From Clostridia bacterium (GTDB taxonomy: Bacteria; Bacillota; Clostridia; JAAYHZ01), in contig JBMNIH010000004.1 of NCBI GenBank assembly GCA_050950825.1, positions 224,001 through 288,000 on the forward strand: a DNA stretch of 64,000 nt, read 5' to 3'. Position numbers and translations under genes: made by a program. The notes beneath the pieces are model-generated. The model had not been told where the DNA came from, ran no database searches, and saw only the letters and a program-made list of their open reading frames with translations. Below, one piece after another: positions 18,472 to 34,453 of this stretch (position 1 is the first letter of the stretch; each line of letters opens with the position of its first letter).

Positions 18472-18729
18472 GTGGATAGCAAAAAACAAGCTCGGAGCGA
18501 AAACCCCGCTGCACGCTACAAACGTCCTCGAAAGAAGGTATGCAACTTTTGTGTAGACAAATTGGAAATTGATTATAAAGACGTAAATCGTTTATCGAAA
18601 TATATTTCCGAAAGAGGTAAAATTCTTCCCAGAAGAATGAGCGGAGTATGCGCGAAGCATCAAAGAGAGCTCACAAGAGAAATTAAAAGAGCAAGACAAA
18701 TTGCGCTTTTACCTTTCTCGAAAGACTAA
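18472..18729 (+). CDS. rpsR: 30S ribosomal protein S18 (Zn-binding form)
   Basis: [27 protein letters not shown]. Confidence 0.95.
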   Translation: MDSKKQARSENPAARYKRPRKKVCNFCVDKLEIDYKDVNRLSKYISERGKILPRRMSGVCAKHQRELTREIKRARQIALLPFSKD

Positions 18730-18902
18730 GAATAAAAGAAACATGAGGCATATCGCAAAAGATGATGCCTCTTTTTTATGCCTTTTTATTTCATATTCAC
18801 CGAACCGGAATATTTCTCAAACAGTATGGGAAATAATGGAATTCAGTTATAATGGGGTTAAGGATCTTACCTGATCCGTGTCGAAAAAGGAAGGTGGATG
18901 TG

Positions 18903-19217
18903 ATGTCGATTTCGTCAAGACAGAGTCTTGATATTATGTATAAGATGAACGAAGTGGATGTATTGAAAACGAAAATATTAGCTTCCATAGCCAATCTTTA
19001 CGACAATATGACCCCGGGAAATTCGGATCCCGACGAATTGGCCGATGCGTTAGGCGATGTGGTATTATATACATTCCTATTGGGAAAGAAAACCGGGTTT
19101 GACTTTGATCGGGTGCGAGAAGAAGCCTGTCATAAAATAAGGCTGTTGTTAATCAGCGATTATACGGACGTTTCGAACGACGATTTGTGTTTGTTAGCTC
19201 AATATCTAGGCGCATAA
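18903..19217 (+). CDS. MazG-like family protein
   Basis: ALGDVVLYTFLLGKKTG helix motif; usual position downstream of rpsR in Clostridia. Confidence 0.6.
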   Translation: MSISSRQSLDIMYKMNEVDVLKTKILASIANLYDNMTPGNSDPDELADALGDVVLYTFLLGKKTGFDFDRVREEACHKIRLLLISDYTDVSNDDLCLLAQYLGA

Positions 19218-19481
19218 AGGATTTGTGCCATAAAATCTCCTCATAATAAGTTTGCGGTAAAGGGTACAGTTTTTCGACTGTACCTTTTGCTTTGCTCTGG
19301 ATTCAAGCGTCCTCCTTCCGGCGGGAACCGTGACCTTTTCACGGTCAATTGATTCGTTGCATGGAAAAAGGTATAATGATATAATTAATTTGTCCCGGTA
19401 ACAAAGTGAATATCGTTTTACAAAGGATAAGACCAGGGCGGTTTTGTCGGTAAAAGGATGTATTACGGATGGAGGTTTTCT

Positions 19482-19931
19482 ATGAAGGTTATTTTAAAAG
19501 CGGATGTTAAGGGCTTAGGAAAAAAGGATGATTTAATCGAATGCAAGGACGGTTATGCCAGAAACTACTTGTTTCCTCATGGACTGGCCGTACCGGCAAC
19601 CCCGGAAAACCTTGGTATTATGAATAGCAAGAAGAAGGCGGAAAGTGAAAAAGTAACAAGAGAAGTCCAACAGGCAAAGAACATGGCGGCGCGATTGCAA
19701 GGCCAAACCGTTGTTATCGATGCATCCGCCGGAGAAAAAGGCAAATTATTCGGATCGATTACCAACAAAGATATTTCGGACGCGATCAAACAGCAATTGA
19801 ATATCACCGTGGATCGAAAGAAAATCTTAATGGACGAAAACATCAAGAGCATCGGGGAACATAAGTTAACCGCAAAGCTATATACCGGAATCGATGTGGA
19901 ATTTATCGTTTCGGTTCGTGCGAAAAGTTAA
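19482..19931 (+). CDS. rplI: 50S ribosomal protein L9
   Basis: [31 protein letters not shown]. Confidence 0.95.
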   Translation: MKVILKADVKGLGKKDDLIECKDGYARNYLFPHGLAVPATPENLGIMNSKKKAESEKVTREVQQAKNMAARLQGQTVVIDASAGEKGKLFGSITNKDISDAIKQQLNITVDRKKILMDENIKSIGEHKLTAKLYTGIDVEFIVSVRAKS

Positions 19932-19949
19932 TAAGGTAGAAGGTTAAAA

Positions 19950-21287
19950 ATGATGGATAAAGCTGCAGGCAGGATACCTCCTCAAAACATAGAAGCCGAA
20001 CAAGCGGTTTTAGGTTGTATGCTGCTGGACCAAAGTGCCGTATATACGGCGGTAAATATATTGAAGGATACGGACTTCTACAGAAAAGACCATGGGGAAA
20101 TATTTAACGCCATGCTGTCTTTGTTTATGGAAAGCCAGCCTATCGATGTTATTACCGTTGCCGATCGACTAAAAGCACGAGGAATTCAGAAAGAAACCGG
20201 GGGAATCGAATATTTGGCCACGCTGGTAAACATGGTGGAAACCAGCGCCAATGCCGAATATTACGCAAGAATCGTAGAGAAGTGTTCCATACTGAGAAAA
20301 ATAATTACGGTTTGCGTTAAAAATGCGAATTTGGCATACGAGGAAACGGAGGATTATTCCTCCATTTTAGACGCATTGCAGCAGGATGTGCTGAGCATAT
20401 CCATGGGACGAGAGTCCGGCAGTGTGGTACATATTCGTTCGGTGCTTAACTCCACCATGGATATGCTGGATATGCTGTCCAGAAACGAGGGAGAGGTTTC
20501 CGGCATCCCCACAGGCTTTACGGATTTGGACAATTGTTTGAACGGACTCCACAATTCGGATTTGATACTGGTAGCAGGAAGACCCGGAAGCGGAAAAACC
20601 TCTTTTGCATTGAATATCGGGCAATATGCGGCAATACATAAAAACAAATCCACCGTTGTGTTTAGTTTGGAGATGTCCCGGGAACAACTTGTAAATAGGA
20701 TCATATCGACGGAAATTCATCTTGACAACAAAAAGTTGAAAACCGGAAATCTGTCTAAGGCCGATTGGTCGAATATGATTACGCTTATGGGTAAGCTTGC
20801 CGAAACACCTTTGTACATCGACGATACGGCCGGTATTACGGTAAATGAAATAAAAGCGAAATGCACTCGATTAAAAGCCCAAGGAAAACTGGATTTGGTT
20901 TTAATCGACTATCTTCAACTGATTACCGGTCCGAAAAGGGACAACAGGCAGCAGGAGATTTCGGAAATCTCCCGTGCTCTGAAAATCATGGCAAAGGACC
21001 TTAATGTTCCGGTAATTACCTTGTCCCAGTTAAGTCGTGCTCCCGAAACCCGAGCGGACCACCGGCCGATGCTGAGCGACTTGAGAGACTCGGGAGCCAT
21101 TGAGCAGGACGCGGATATCGTTTTATTCCTGTATCGAGACGATTACTATAATAAGGAAAAGTCACAAGAGCCGAATGTGGCCGAGTGTATTATAGCAAAG
21201 CATCGAAACGGCGAGATCGGTACCGTCAAACTCCGATGGTTCGGGGAATATACCAAGTTTGCCAATTTGGGAGACAGGTTTCAATAA
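19950..21287 (+). CDS. dnaB: Replicative DNA helicase
   Basis: PPQNIEAEQAVLG, GRPGSGKT, IDYLQL, LSQLSR, SDLRDSGAIEQDAD; no intein. Confidence 0.97.
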   Translation: MMDKAAGRIPPQNIEAEQAVLGCMLLDQSAVYTAVNILKDTDFYRKDHGEIFNAMLSLFMESQPIDVITVADRLKARGIQKETGGIEYLATLVNMVETSANAEYYARIVEKCSILRKIITVCVKNANLAYEETEDYSSILDALQQDVLSISMGRESGSVVHIRSVLNSTMDMLDMLSRNEGEVSGIPTGFTDLDNCLNGLHNSDLILVAGRPGSGKTSFALNIGQYAAIHKNKSTVVFSLEMSREQLVNRIISTEIHLDNKKLKTGNLSKADWSNMITLMGKLAETPLYIDDTAGITVNEIKAKCTRLKAQGKLDLVLIDYLQLITGPKRDNRQQEISEISRALKIMAKDLNVPVITLSQLSRAPETRADHRPMLSDLRDSGAIEQDADIVLFLYRDDYYNKEKSQEPNVAECIIAKHRNGEIGTVKLRWFGEYTKFANLGDRFQ

Positions 21288-21308
21288 GAAATACGAATTG
21301 AGTGTAAT

Positions 21309-22724
21309 ATGCGTAACATTGCGGAACATGTCCTTAAAACGATAGAGAAGTACTCAATGGTCCATCGAGGCGAAACCATCGTGTGCGGCCTTTCCGGGGG
21401 GCCGGACTCGGTTTGCATGCTCCATATTCTTCATAGACTGAAAGATTATTTGGGAGTGACGCCGGTTGCGGTGCACATCCACCACGGTATCCGAGGAAAA
21501 GAAGCCGAGGAGGATATGCTTTTTTCGGAGAAATTTGCAAAAGAGCTTGGAGTGGAATTTATAACACGGGCTTTTAATGTCCCCGAGTTGGCAAAGCAAC
21601 TTAAAATTTCCGAAGAAGAAGCCGGACGAAGATTACGGTACGATACCTTCAGAGAAATCGGGAAAAAGAAGGCGCCGTATAAAATTGCGGTTGCCCATAA
21701 TGCGAACGATGTGGCGGAAACCTTTCTTTTCAATTTGGCAAGAGGTGCAGGTTTAGAGGGTTTATGCAGCATCAAGAGGGTCAATGAGGATATCATTCGG
21801 CCTTTGTTGGATGTATATAAAGATGAAATTATGGAATACCTGGACCAAAATCGACTTGGCTATCGAATCGATAGCACCAATCTTGAATGCGATTATACAC
21901 GGAACAAAATACGTAACCGGTTGATTCCGGAAATGAATCGGGTTTTAAATACCGATATCGTGTATAAAATTTTGCAAACGACCGATGTGTTGGAAGACGA
22001 TTTAGTTTGGCTAAAAGAATCCGGTAAAAAAGCATACGAAGCATGTACGACGGTTATTGACGGTCAAAAGGAAATCGACTGTACCTTATTTAATGAATAC
22101 CCTTTGGCTTTGCAAAGACAAATGATCCGGCTGTATCTTCACGAATGTACCGGTTCTTTGGACGGTTACGGCAGCTACCATGTGAACCGGTTGATTGAGC
22201 TTACGAAAAGCGAATCGCCTATATCCACGGAGCTTCCGAATAAATATTGGGCCATATATCGATACGGGCGGCTTTATATTGGAAAAAACCAAATTCAAAA
22301 AGACACATATTTTACGGAGATTTCTTTATCCATACCCGGAGAAACGGAAAGCGCGAACTGGAAGATTTGCTCCGAAATATTGGAGGCGGACCATAAAACG
22401 GACTACCGTAAGATGGCCGGAAAATATGTTCAATTCTTTGATTTTGAAAAAACCGGACCTTGCCTAAAGGTCCGCTACCGAAAAGACGGCGACGTTTTTA
22501 AGCCGATCGGATTAAACGGAACAAAAAAATTAAAAGATTATTTTATCGATAATAAAATTGAAAGGGAAAAAAGGGCAAAAATACCTTTGATAGAAGGTCC
22601 GGAAGGCATTTTATGGGTTGTCGGTTGCGGGCGTTCGGATTTGGCAAAAGTAACCGATCAAACCGAAAAAGTGCTTAAACTGTCCTTCCAAGAAACGAAA
22701 GGAGAAACGACGGATGCAATATAA
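21309..22724 (+). CDS. tilS: tRNA(Ile)-lysidine synthetase
   Basis: SGGPDS PP-loop, AHNAND, IIRPLL, RNKIR. Confidence 0.95.
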   Translation: MRNIAEHVLKTIEKYSMVHRGETIVCGLSGGPDSVCMLHILHRLKDYLGVTPVAVHIHHGIRGKEAEEDMLFSEKFAKELGVEFITRAFNVPELAKQLKISEEEAGRRLRYDTFREIGKKKAPYKIAVAHNANDVAETFLFNLARGAGLEGLCSIKRVNEDIIRPLLDVYKDEIMEYLDQNRLGYRIDSTNLECDYTRNKIRNRLIPEMNRVLNTDIVYKILQTTDVLEDDLVWLKESGKKAYEACTTVIDGQKEIDCTLFNEYPLALQRQMIRLYLHECTGSLDGYGSYHVNRLIELTKSESPISTELPNKYWAIYRYGRLYIGKNQIQKDTYFTEISLSIPGETESANWKICSEILEADHKTDYRKMAGKYVQFFDFEKTGPCLKVRYRKDGDVFKPIGLNGTKKLKDYFIDNKIEREKRAKIPLIEGPEGILWVVGCGRSDLAKVTDQTEKVLKLSFQETKGETTDAI

Positions 22725-23271
22725 CGACGACATTGAAAGGGTTTTGATAGATAAAGAAACGATCTTAAAAAGAGTGAAGGAATTGGGAGCCGAAATCACC
22801 CGCACATATGAGGGGAAAGAGCTTCTCGTGGTGGGCGTATTAAAGGGCGGTTTTATCTTCATGGCCGATTTGGTTCGAGAAATCCGGTGCAAATTGCAAT
22901 TGGATTTCATATCGGTGTCCAGCTACGGCAATTCTACCGAGTCTTCCGGTATTGTAAGGATTATAAAAGACATTGAAACCAATATCGCAAACAAGCACGT
23001 TTTGTTAGTGGAAGATTTGATTGATACGGGATTGACCTTGTCCCATTTGAAGCAATTGCTATACACGCGTAAGCCCGCGAGCATTAAAATATGTACCATG
23101 TTCGACAAACCTTCCCGAAGAAAGATCAATTTGGAGGTTGATTTTATCGGATTGGAAGTACCCGATTATTTTATTGTAGGATACGGATTGGATTACAGCG
23201 AATCTTACCGTAATTTACCGGAGGTTTGCGTATTGAAGCCGGAAGTTTATCGTAAAAAATGTGAACAATAA
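22714..23271 (+). CDS. hpt: Hypoxanthine phosphoribosyltransferase
   Basis: VLLVEDLIDTGLT PRPP motif, VGYGLDY. Confidence 0.95.
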   Translation: MQYNDDIERVLIDKETILKRVKELGAEITRTYEGKELLVVGVLKGGFIFMADLVREIRCKLQLDFISVSSYGNSTESSGIVRIIKDIETNIANKHVLLVEDLIDTGLTLSHLKQLLYTRKPASIKICTMFDKPSRRKINLEVDFIGLEVPDYFIVGYGLDYSESYRNLPEVCVLKPEVYRKKCEQ

Positions 23272-23477
23272 TTTAACAATAGGTTAAATCATTGTTTTAT
23301 TAAACCGATTATGCTACTATGAATAATGAAACTTTACTGTGAATTTGTACGAATTATGACGACAAATGCCGGTTTACGATATACGTGTTTTATTCGTTTT
23401 ACGGGAACAATAAAGGCAATCCTATACGGATATTTCGAATTTGAAAGACCAACCCTTTCATGAAGGAGGGAAAAATA

Positions 23478-25292
23478 TTGAAGCATTTTAAGGGATTAAC
23501 ATTTTATATAATACTACTGATCATAATATTATTCATACTTAGCATATTATGGTCGGATACGGCACCCGGAGTGATGAAGTATTCCGATCTGATATATCAA
23601 TTAGAAAACAATAACGTAGAAAGCATCGTAATAAACAGTACGTATGCCGATGTGAAGCTGTTTTCTCCCGGGCCGGACGGTAATTTGGAATATGTGGTAA
23701 ACTTCGGCTCCATAGAGAATTTTAGTACCATGTTGGACTCTTACTACAAATCGGAAGGCGGATTCTCCTATTTTTATGCACCTGAGAAAACGGCGCCGTG
23801 GTGGCTGTCTTTGATATCGCCGCTGATACTCATTGTGCTGTTTGTACTGTTTTGGGTATTTTTTATCCAGCAAGCCCAAGGCGGAGGCGGCAGCAAGGTC
23901 ATGAGCTTCGGCAAAAGCCGAGCTCGTTTGATGAGTGACGAGGACAAGAAAAAGACATTTGAAGACGTGGCGGGAGCGGAAGAAGAGAAAGAGGAATTGG
24001 CGGAAATAGTCGAGTTTCTAAAACACCCATCCAAGTTTATTGATGTGGGCGCAAGAATTCCGAAAGGTGTTCTCCTTGTAGGGCCTCCGGGAACCGGGAA
24101 AACGCTTTTGGCAAAAGCGGTAGCAGGCGAAGCCGGCGTCCCCTTCTATACCATCAGCGGATCGGATTTCGTTGAAATGTTCGTCGGTGTCGGTGCTTCT
24201 CGTGTTCGTGATTTATTCGACCAAGCCAAAAAGAATTCTCCTTGTATCGTGTTTATCGACGAAATCGATGCCGTAGGACGCCACAGAGGTGCAGGCTTAG
24301 GAGGCGGGCACGATGAAAGAGAGCAGACATTGAACCAATTGCTGGTTGAGATGGACGGATTCGGAGTAAACCAAGGGGTTATCGTATTAGCCGCTACCAA
24401 CCGACCGGATATTTTGGACCCTGCCCTTTTAAGACCGGGACGATTCGACCGCCGAATTTACGTAGGTATGCCGGATATTAAGGGAAGGGAAGCCATTTTA
24501 CGTGTTCATGCGAGAAAGAAGCCCTTGATGCCGGAAGTGGATTTAGGCGAAATCGCCAAGATTACGCCGGGATTCACCGGTGCCGATTTGGAAAACTTAA
24601 TGAACGAAGCGGCAATTTTGTCGGCGAGAAAGAATAAGAAGGAAATCGGAAACGCGGAAATAAAGGAAGCCATATTTAAGGTTCAAATCGGTCCTGAGAA
24701 GAAGAGCCGAGTCATATCCGAGCATGAAAGAAAGCTGACGGCTTATCATGAGGCCGGTCATGCCATTGCCGTACGTGCCGCATCCACTTTCAATAAAGTG
24801 GATAGAGTAACGATCATTCCTGCCGGTGCCGCAGGCGGTTATACCGTATTTAAGCCGGACGAGGACAAAAGCTTCTATACGAAATCGCAGTTGATGGAAG
24901 GGATCATTGTCGCCTTAGGAGGAAGAGCCGCCGAGGAAGTGGTGTTAGGCGAAATCAGTACCGGAGCGGGAAATGACCTGCAGCAAGCGAATAAAATCGC
25001 CCGAAGCATGATTGTGAAGTTCGGTATGAGCGAAAGATTGAGCAACCTTGTCTTTAACGGCGAGGAAAGCGAAGTATTTATCGGAAGAGATTTTGGACAT
25101 ATACGAAATTACAGCGACGAATATGCCGCTATGATCGACGAAGAAGTCAAAGCCATTATCGACAATGCCTATAGCAAAACGGTACAGATCATGAAGGAAA
25201 ACATCAACAAGTTGAAAGTCATCGCCGAAACGTTGCTGCAGAAGGAAAAAATCGATGGTGAAGAATTTGAAGAATTGTTTGCAAGCGCATAA
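23478..25292 (+). CDS. ftsH: ATP-dependent zinc metalloprotease FtsH
   Basis: Two TM segments, [20 protein letters not shown]; RBS AAGGAGG before TTG 23478. Confidence 0.97.
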   Translation: MKHFKGLTFYIILLIIILFILSILWSDTAPGVMKYSDLIYQLENNNVESIVINSTYADVKLFSPGPDGNLEYVVNFGSIENFSTMLDSYYKSEGGFSYFYAPEKTAPWWLSLISPLILIVLFVLFWVFFIQQAQGGGGSKVMSFGKSRARLMSDEDKKKTFEDVAGAEEEKEELAEIVEFLKHPSKFIDVGARIPKGVLLVGPPGTGKTLLAKAVAGEAGVPFYTISGSDFVEMFVGVGASRVRDLFDQAKKNSPCIVFIDEIDAVGRHRGAGLGGGHDEREQTLNQLLVEMDGFGVNQGVIVLAATNRPDILDPALLRPGRFDRRIYVGMPDIKGREAILRVHARKKPLMPEVDLGEIAKITPGFTGADLENLMNEAAILSARKNKKEIGNAEIKEAIFKVQIGPEKKSRVISEHERKLTAYHEAGHAIAVRAASTFNKVDRVTIIPAGAAGGYTVFKPDEDKSFYTKSQLMEGIIVALGGRAAEEVVLGEISTGAGNDLQQANKIARSMIVKFGMSERLSNLVFNGEESEVFIGRDFGHIRNYSDEYAAMIDEEVKAIIDNAYSKTVQIMKENINKLKVIAETLLQKEKIDGEEFEELFASA

Positions 25293-25320
25293 TAAAATGA
25301 AAATAAATGAAAATGAATAA

Positions 25321-25345
25321 GAAGAGGCGAAAGCCTCTTTTTTAT
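25321..25345 (+). terminator. Intrinsic terminator after ftsH
   Basis: AAGAGGC-GAAA-GCCTCTTTTTT. Confidence 0.85.
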
Positions 25346-25383
25346 TTGCTAGCTATCCGATGATGAAATTCAATCTCATCCAT

Positions 25384-25413
25384 GAATAAAATCCTGCCAA
25401 ATTATTAATAATA
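25384..25413 (+). promoter_or_regulatory. Probable sigma-G promoter of spoVT
   Basis: GAATA-N18-AATAATA resembles the sigG consensus; spoVT is sigG-controlled in B. subtilis. Confidence 0.5.
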
Positions 25414-25447
25414 ACCATATACATTAACAATATGGAGGTAACGATAC

Positions 25448-26002
25448 GTGAAAGCAACGGGTATTGTAAGAAGAATAGATGACCTTGGCAGAGTGGTTAT
25501 ACCGAAAGAAATTCGAAGAACTTTGAAGATTCGAGAAGGGGATCCTTTGGAAATATTTACGGACAAAGACGGCGAAGTCATTCTGAAGAAGTATTCGCCT
25601 ATCGGAGAATTAGGAGATTTTGCCGTTCAGTATGCCGAGTCCCTTCACAATGCTTCAGGGCACATTACTTGTATTGCGGATCGTGACAGTATTATTGCCG
25701 TATCGGGCGATAATAAAAAAGATTATTACGCCAAACCCTTAAGCGAGGAATTGGAGCGTGTTATTCAAGAAAAACAGACCGTAGTCGTATCTTCGAAAGA
25801 GGAAAAACCGTTGAGTATATTCTCGGGAGATACGAACACGAAAAAGTATTCCTCACAAGTAGTTGTTCCTATTGTAGCGGAAGGCGACCCTATCGGCGCA
25901 GTAATTATGCTTTCTACCGACCCGAATGCGAAAATGGGCGAAGTGGAAGCGAAATTAGCCCAATCGGCGTCAGGATTTTTAGGAAAACAAATGGAACAAT
26001 AA
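25448..26002 (+). CDS. spoVT: Stage V sporulation protein T
   Basis: MKATGIVRRIDDLGRVVIPKEIRR AbrB domain plus GAF domain ending GFLGKQMEQ. Confidence 0.95.
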   Translation: MKATGIVRRIDDLGRVVIPKEIRRTLKIREGDPLEIFTDKDGEVILKKYSPIGELGDFAVQYAESLHNASGHITCIADRDSIIAVSGDNKKDYYAKPLSEELERVIQEKQTVVVSSKEEKPLSIFSGDTNTKKYSSQVVVPIVAEGDPIGAVIMLSTDPNAKMGEVEAKLAQSASGFLGKQMEQ

Positions 26003-26031
26003 TAATTAAGCAAATCAAAGTGCAACCTCAG

Positions 26032-26075
26032 AAAAAGTGCCCGGTAAACGATGAAATTTACCGGACACTTTTTTG
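26032..26075 (+). terminator. Intrinsic terminator after spoVT
   Basis: AAAAAGTGCCCGGTAAA / TTTACCGGACACTTTTTT. Confidence 0.75.
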
Positions 26076-26188
26076 TTTTTCTTAAAAACGGTATACCCCT
26101 TATACGGAAGTTTATATAAGAAAGGAATTTTCAATTCGAAGGTTATGGTGTATGATATCTTAAAGCATAAGCAAAAAGGAGAGACATT

Positions 26189-26911
26189 ATGCATCTTCGT
26201 TTCATGAGTTACAATATTCAACACGGTTTTGATTATGTAAGAAAAGACCGAATCGATTTGTCATTGACGGCGGATGTTATTCGCCGTTATGATTCCGATA
26301 TTATCGGCTTGAATGAGGTGAGAGGGCAAGGCGTTATTCCGGAGTATTTCGATCAAGCAAAAGCTCTTGCCGATATGTTAGGATACTACTATTATTTCGG
26401 TCCTTCCATTGTATTTCCGGAAAGAGGGCCTTACGGAAACGCCATTCTTTCAAAATACCCTATAAAGCATGCCGAAGTTATTCCCATACCGGACCCGTCG
26501 GTAAAAGACGAAGACACCTACTACGAAACCCGGTCCATTCTCAAAGCGGAATTTGATATCGAAGGCTGCAGAGAATTTACGGTTTACATCTCTCATTTCG
26601 GTCTGGCAAAAGCCGAAAGAAAAAATGCCGTGGAAACCTTGTTAAAAGTACTGGAAAACCAAGAAAAGCCCTGTGTTTTCATGGGTGATTTGAACATGAC
26701 TCCGGACGATATGCTTGTAAATGCAATATCGGAAAAGCTGAAGGACACGGCCGTTATATTCCGTGAACCGCTTCTTAGTTTTACGTCGGACAAACCGACG
26801 ATCAAGATTGATTACATGTTTGTGAGCAATCACATTAAAGTACATTATGCCGACATTCCGCCGGTTGTTGTTCACGACCACCGCCCCTACATTGCACATA
26901 TTGAAATTTAA
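26189..26911 (+). CDS. Endonuclease/exonuclease/phosphatase (EEP) family protein
   Basis: MSYNI, GLNEV, YGNAILSKYP, GDLN, IDY, DH motifs. Confidence 0.85.
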   Translation: MHLRFMSYNIQHGFDYVRKDRIDLSLTADVIRRYDSDIIGLNEVRGQGVIPEYFDQAKALADMLGYYYYFGPSIVFPERGPYGNAILSKYPIKHAEVIPIPDPSVKDEDTYYETRSILKAEFDIEGCREFTVYISHFGLAKAERKNAVETLLKVLENQEKPCVFMGDLNMTPDDMLVNAISEKLKDTAVIFREPLLSFTSDKPTIKIDYMFVSNHIKVHYADIPPVVVHDHRPYIAHIEI

Positions 26912-27054
26912 AAAACCGGCTGTATGGTTTTCGGATCAAAGGGGAATAAATATATAGCGAAAAGTATCATTCCGTATCAGGATGAATAGAATGAAAGGTT
27001 GATATTGCCAAAAAATTGGAATTATATTTCATCGATTTTTTTGCTGTCAACAAC

Positions 27055-27083
27055 TTGACACGATCATGTATTCGTGTTATGAT
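27055..27083 (+). promoter_or_regulatory. rRNA operon promoter
   Basis: TTGACA-N17-TATGAT with extended -10 TG. Confidence 0.8.
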
Positions 27084-27269
27084 AAGCATCCACTCACACG
27101 AGTGGACAGAACCTTGAAAAATGAACAGTGTATTGAACCCGTCAAACTTAAGCTTGAAAAAGCGAGAGTTTAACATTTAAAAGTAAATCCAAAGTGCGAG
27201 AAAATCGCACGGGACAAGAAGTCTAAAAAAGACAGGACAAACAAGAGACCCGAAGAGGGTTTGAAGATT

Positions 27270-28816
<1,547 letters not shown>

Positions 28817-29152
28817 AGATTGACGACGGAAGAAATTTCGCCGTAATCGTATAAGGTCGATTGACGGTTCAATACACTTGTTTCATTAAAAAGGCAAACG
28901 CGCAAGCGATCGCACCTTGAAAACTGCATAATGCGTCAAAAGGTTCCATGAAGAATGGAACCGCGACAAAAAGGAAGACAAAGAGAGTTAAAACGAGAAG
29001 CCGAAATAAAAAACGGTAACGAGTGACTCACTGAGTCTGCAATTTTATCGAAAACGACAAAAAAACAATGCTGAAACAATGCTAAAAAAACAATCAGGAA
29101 AAGCGACGAGCTTGGGACAATCAACCTATATGAAATGATGGACCAAAGGAAA

Positions 29153-32074
<2,922 letters not shown>

Positions 32075-32152
32075 AGGTCGTCGCTGAAGAAAAAAAGACG
32101 TATTATGCAGTTTTGAGGGTGCGATAAAAAGCGCGCGAAGAGAATAAAGATT

Positions 32153-32268
32153 TTCGGTGGCAATAACGAGAAGGACCCACCCGTTCCCATCCCGAACACG
32201 GCAGTTAAGCTTCTCGGTGCTGAAAATACCGGGGCGTGGCGCCCCGGGAAGATAGGTCGCTGCCGGAA
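32153..32268 (+). rRNA. rrf: 5S rRNA
   Basis: CCACCCGTTCCCATCCCGAACACGGCAGTTAAG; terminal stem TTCGGTGGC/GCTGCCGGA. Confidence 0.97.
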
Positions 32269-32274
32269 CTATAC

Positions 32275-32310
32275 GAGTCCCGCATCCGAACAAGATGCGG
32301 GATTCTTTTT
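32275..32310 (+). terminator. rRNA operon terminator
   Basis: GAGTCCCGCATC / GATGCGGGATTC followed by TTTTT. Confidence 0.8.
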
Positions 32311-32466
32311 ACTATAAAAACATGGAATAATAAAAAAGCCGGGATTTGAATTTCCCGGCTTTTTTGCTTTTTCGATATTTCATCGAAAAATAAAAAGAGA
32401 GTGTTTGCTTCAACAATCTGAAAACACACTCTTTCATAATTACTCTTTTTAATAAAAATATAAGAC

Positions 32467-32742
32467 TTACGCGTTAATCTTATCTTTAAATCCTTTACCG
32501 GGTTTGAATACCGGTGTCTTCGATGCGGCAATACGAATCGGTTCCTTGGTTTGGGGATTTCTGCCCATTCTTTCGGCACGCGCTCTTACTTCAAATGTAC
32601 CGAAGTTAACTAATACTATTTTTTCATTGTTCGTTAATGCTTCTTGTACTGCGTCTACAAAGGCATTTAATGCAGCCTCACTGTCCTTCCTGCTGAGCCC
32701 TGATTTTGTTGAAATCGCTCTTACTAAATCTGCTTTATTCAT
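32467..32742 (-). CDS. hup: DNA-binding protein HU
   Basis: MNKADLV, FGTFEV, GRNPQT, PVFKPGK. Confidence 0.95.
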   Translation of the reverse strand: MNKADLVRAISTKSGLSRKDSEAALNAFVDAVQEALTNNEKIVLVNFGTFEVRARAERMGRNPQTKEPIRIAASKTPVFKPGKGFKDKINA

Positions 32743-32985
32743 TGGGGTCCTCCTTTACATGGAATTTGTCACCATTCTACTCCTGAAACCTTGATATGTC
32801 AAGAGTTTCGAGCTAATTACAAGTATTTTTACCAATAAAATTAATTGCTATTCAATAATTACTGTAAAATAAGAAATATGATGTAAGGAAGGCAAGGAAT
32901 CACATAAAAATCCATATCCCCTTATTGAAGATAAATGCGTTTTCCATGTATACTAAGAACAAATAAATAAAGATAGGATAAGACA

Positions 32986-33828
32986 ATGAGAGTCATACAA
33001 GATACTGTCGTTATTGCCGCCGTAGAAAAAATGTGCATCGAAGCAAACTGTCATTTGTGTGAAGATGTCAAAAGTGCGATTGAAAAGGGGCGAAAGGAAG
33101 AAACATCGCCCATAGGACAATATATTTTGGACCAATTAATCGAAAATGCCGAAATTGCAGACAGCTGCAATATGCCGATCTGCCAAGATACCGGAATGGC
33201 GGTTTTCTTTGTTGAAGTGGGAAACAAGGTGCTGATCGAGGGGAGAAATTTGACGGAGGCCATCAATGAAGGCGTTCGCCGAGGATATACCCAAGGTTTT
33301 TTGCGTAAGTCCGTTGTTGCCGACCCTTTCTTCAGGGAAAATACAAAGGACAATACGCCTGCCGTTATTCATTATGAATTTACGGAAGGAGATCGATTAA
33401 AAATTACATTTGCCCCGAAAGGCTTTGGCAGTGAGAACATGAGCCGGCTGAAAATGTTGAATCCTTCGGACGGAATGGAAGGGGTAAAAGAATTTGTGAT
33501 AGATACGGTTTTGAAAGCGGGGCCGAATCCGTGTCCGCCCATTGTTGTGGGTGTGGGAATCGGAGGAACCATGGAAATGGCGGCTTTACTGGCGAAAAAG
33601 GCGTTAACAAAGCCGATACATGAGAAGAATCCCGTTGAATACTTGGATCGCATGGAAAATGAAATTTTAGAAAAAATCAATGAAACGGGAATCGGACCCG
33701 GCGGTTTAGGGGGGAAAACTACGGCTTTGTGTGTTCGTATCCTTGTTTATCCTACCCATATTGCCGGATTGCCTGTAGCGGTAAATATCAATTGCCATGC
33801 CGCACGCCACGCGGAAGTCGTCATTTAA
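32986..33828 (+). CDS. Fe-S fumarate hydratase class I, alpha subunit (tartrate dehydratase alpha family)
   Basis: PICQDTG, PKGFGSEN, NPCPP, CHAARH. Confidence 0.88.
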   Translation: MRVIQDTVVIAAVEKMCIEANCHLCEDVKSAIEKGRKEETSPIGQYILDQLIENAEIADSCNMPICQDTGMAVFFVEVGNKVLIEGRNLTEAINEGVRRGYTQGFLRKSVVADPFFRENTKDNTPAVIHYEFTEGDRLKITFAPKGFGSENMSRLKMLNPSDGMEGVKEFVIDTVLKAGPNPCPPIVVGVGIGGTMEMAALLAKKALTKPIHEKNPVEYLDRMENEILEKINETGIGPGGLGGKTTALCVRILVYPTHIAGLPVAVNINCHAARHAEVVI

Positions 33829-33852
33829 TTGCATAATAGGAAGGATAAGAAT

Positions 33853-34395
33853 ATGAAAAACATTGTAAAGCTGACTACCCCTTTGGATCCTAATAGAATC
33901 GAAACGCTCCGGTGCGGGGACTTTGTGGAAATCACAGGCACGATCTATACCGCCAGGGATGCAGCCCATAAAAGAATGAAGGAAATGCTTGAGAAAAATA
34001 TGAGCTTGCCTTTCGATTTGTCCGGACAAATTATCTATTATGCCGGACCTTGTCCCGCCAAACCGGGACAGGTTATCGGTTCCATAGGGCCTACCACATC
34101 CGGTAGAATGGATGTCTATACGCCGCTTCTTTTAAAGCAGGGTTTGGCGGGAATGATCGGTAAGGGCAAGAGAAGCCAAGAAGTCATTGACGCCATGATT
34201 CGTTACAAAAGCGTGTATTTCGGAGCGACCGGCGGTGCAGGAGCTTTGATATCCAAATGCGTGAAAAAGGCGGAAGTGATTGCTTTTGATGACTTGGGAA
34301 CGGAAGCGATACGAAGGCTGTATGTAGAAGATTTGCCGGTTATCGTGTTGATCGATTGTAAAGGCAATAAGCTGTACAAAGAGTTTGACAAGTAG
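33853..34395 (+). CDS. Fe-S fumarate hydratase class I, beta subunit
   Basis: TARDAAH, GPTTSGRMD, MIGKG, LGTEAI. Confidence 0.88.
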   Translation: MKNIVKLTTPLDPNRIETLRCGDFVEITGTIYTARDAAHKRMKEMLEKNMSLPFDLSGQIIYYAGPCPAKPGQVIGSIGPTTSGRMDVYTPLLLKQGLAGMIGKGKRSQEVIDAMIRYKSVYFGATGGAGALISKCVKKAEVIAFDDLGTEAIRRLYVEDLPVIVLIDCKGNKLYKEFDK

Positions 34396-34453
34396 AATGA
34401 CATTCAGTAAAATGAAAAGAACGAGAAAGAGAGTATGTAAATGAGGTGTTAGG

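Noticed and set aside
19950-25292. dnaB directly followed by tilS-hpt-ftsH as a novel rearrangement
   Set aside because: I recall this order from related cellulolytic Clostridia, so it is not treated as unusual
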